Origin: the human T2T-CHM13v2.0 reference genome, Homo sapiens
Strand: one strand, 5' to 3'
NCBI RefSeq assembly: GCF_009914755.1
Contig: NC_060925.1
Length of the DNA: 64,000 nucleotides
Shown: piece by piece, positions 61,853-64,000 of the stretch
Numbering within the stretch: position 1 is the stretch's first letter
Layout of the letters: each line of letters begins with the position of its first letter
Notes under the pieces: generated by a model
Seen by the model: the letters and a program-made list of their open reading frames with translations, nothing else
Databases searched by the model: none
Told to the model about the DNA's origin: nothing
Made by a program: the position numbers and the translations under genes

Positions 61853-64000
61853 GTAACCTCTCAGCCACCGAGGGCAAAAGTTTTACGAAACATCTCACAG
61901 AAGATGATTTCTTCTTAAGGGATGGGGACAATTATCAGAGGGCACATTTGATCCATTGAGAAACTCAAGTCAAGTGCTTTAAAAATAGAAATAATCCGGG
62001 TTTCTCAGAAAAAAATGATCACTGAGTATAGGCCTGGCTAGAGGAGATGAGATCTCAAAATTTTTCCCTCTCCACCACTACCACTCAACAGTATAAGATA
62101 ATTTTTCCCCTAGACACTGTCTCTCAAAACACTTCCATCCTCTTTCTCACCCCACATTTTCTCCACTGCTGTAGTCTGAAATTTTCACATTTTTACCATC
62201 AAAAGTCTAGAACAGTAAGTTCCCATCTTTATAGAATAGTAACTCTGTATGTAACTTTGAGGCACCCTCCTACATTCCTGTTAGTCCTACTCCTTCCAAA
62301 CAAACTACTATATGACACATAAATCTATTTTTCAAAATTGCAGGAATTACATATCTAGGGAGCATTTCAACTGTCTCTTGAAATAATTGGGTTACCGTGT
62401 TCCTTCTCCATTTTTGATGAAATGGTTCCTAAGTGTAGTGATAAACCCCACTCTGGGAAGGGGACATGGACAGAAGGGTAGGTGTGAGGTAGTGTTGGGG
62501 TGAATGAGAGAAACCAGAAAGAGGGCAGAGAGAAAGAGAAAGGGCAGGCATAGAGGCCATTCCAAAGGCACACGACAGACTAAAAAGGAATGACTCCTTG
62601 GCATTCGAAACAGCTCGTTAGAAAAGCCAGACTCCCCAAAAAGAGTTTCTCCTCCGTTGATAACTACCATGTACCCTCCTGCCCATGGATAAGTGACTTC
62701 ATAAGCAAATTCCCATCACTGTCTCCACATCCCCACTTTAGTAACATGTACCTTTGCTTTGTCTACTGTACATTAAAAAAAAATCTCATTCTCAGTAAAT
62801 AGGTAGACGGTTTTAGTATTTTCAGAACAAAATTCACAAGTGCTTTCAAGTGCTCGTTATTCAGTTGTGTTATTTTTACATAATTTTGAATATAACGAAA
62901 GCAGTTATCAGAGGTTCAATAAACTCAAAGGCCTATTTAAGAAACAAAAGTACTAAGTGATAGAGTGCTTATTAAGAGTTGTTAACACTGCATGGATCAG
63001 CATGAGTAAGGACAGTCTAGCATATTTTAATTGAGGGTGGGACACAAACTCACAGGCCCATGACAGTCAGATGAGGGGCATAATGAGTAAAGCTGGCCAA
63101 ACAGGACTGCAATGAATGGGAAATCACCTCCCCGCTTCAGCCCACCCCCACGCCAGCAGTGTTACCTGCAGGCATGTGAGTCCAGAGGCCAGATCCACTG
63201 GGTCTTCTAACAGTACTAGAAATCTGGATGTTTTATGTGAAATTGCTAGTGTTTGATCTAATAGGGTAATATCCCACCATCCCATACTACCCCCATGCCC
63301 ATTAGACCTGCCCCAGCAGCGAAGAGCAAAGTATCCTTGTGCATGGCTCTCTTGCCCCCAGCTCCCTTGGTCTCTAATTACACAAGCCTTTGGCAGAGGG
63401 TGGAGATCAGGGAGAAGGGTAGGCCTAGAATACAACTGGGCATCGGCAGCACCTGTTCACTTTCATAGCCAGGTCCTGGAGGGTCAGAGCAGACAGTCTG
63501 TTGACAGCCAACTGGAAAGGGAGTGGGCAGTTTTTCCTCCAGCCAGCCAAACCTAAGCTAGGCACAAGGAGAAATTACCTTAGGCAGGCAGTGAAGCTCT
63601 ACTCATCGCTATTCTGGGAGGATTGGGGTAGCAATCTTAATTCTTGTTTAGAAAAATGTAATATACCTACCTCACAACAAAGGTGACCGAACAGCACCTT
63701 TGAGGTGCCCTGAGCTCTCAGGAGGACAAGACGGGAATGAAAAGTCTTTTGAAAGGATGGTTTAAGTATCAAAAGATCTTAAGGATTAAAAGCTCCTCAT
63801 GTGGGCCAAAGCTCCGGGTTCCAAGCTGTTTATTTTTGGCAAAGCCCCTTACTGAGACTTTGGGAGAAAGTTCTCAATGTGCCTTAAGCATTACATACCC
63901 TTGAGCAAAGAGTTCTAATGCAGAACAGTCTGAAAAAAGATAAAGGAACATTTAGCCAAATATGCTCAGAGTAATTCCAAGTGTGCGCAATGGAAACACA

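Overview
Eukaryotic, primate and almost certainly human genomic DNA matching the DNM3 / C1orf105 / PIGC locus (recognised from the encoded peptides; chr1q24.3 from memory). It is AT-rich and repeat-rich, with no prokaryotic features. On +, it holds the 3' end of dynamin-3: a GED/PRD-junction exon (3854-4080), the proline-rich-domain exon (5293-5529) and the canonical last exon (from 24485, about 4.9 kb 3'UTR). At least two more in-frame C-terminal exons are visible: 10165 (RFGAMKDEAAEP*) and 34994 (RRPPPAVPGRPS*, own polyA). C1orf105 coding exons 1 (37599-37619) and 2 (61767-61852) also lie on +. Their 24-kb intron contains the whole PIGC gene on - (CDS 58423-59316, CpG-island promoter about 60420-60880) and a stack of nested transposons: a full-length dead L1PA inside Tigger1, a 3'-truncated old L1 inside a MER47-type element, and a long L2. 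The most interesting structure is a multi-way dynamin-3 tail and 3'UTR switch with RBFOX/NOVA motif clusters. Other highlights are a possible NMD/tandem-acceptor switch, three same-frame uORFs in PIGC ending in a TAATG stop-start overlap, a candidate C1orf105 first exon driven by the PIGC promoter, and a recently trimerised Alu. Repeat boundaries and subfamily names are by eye and approximate.
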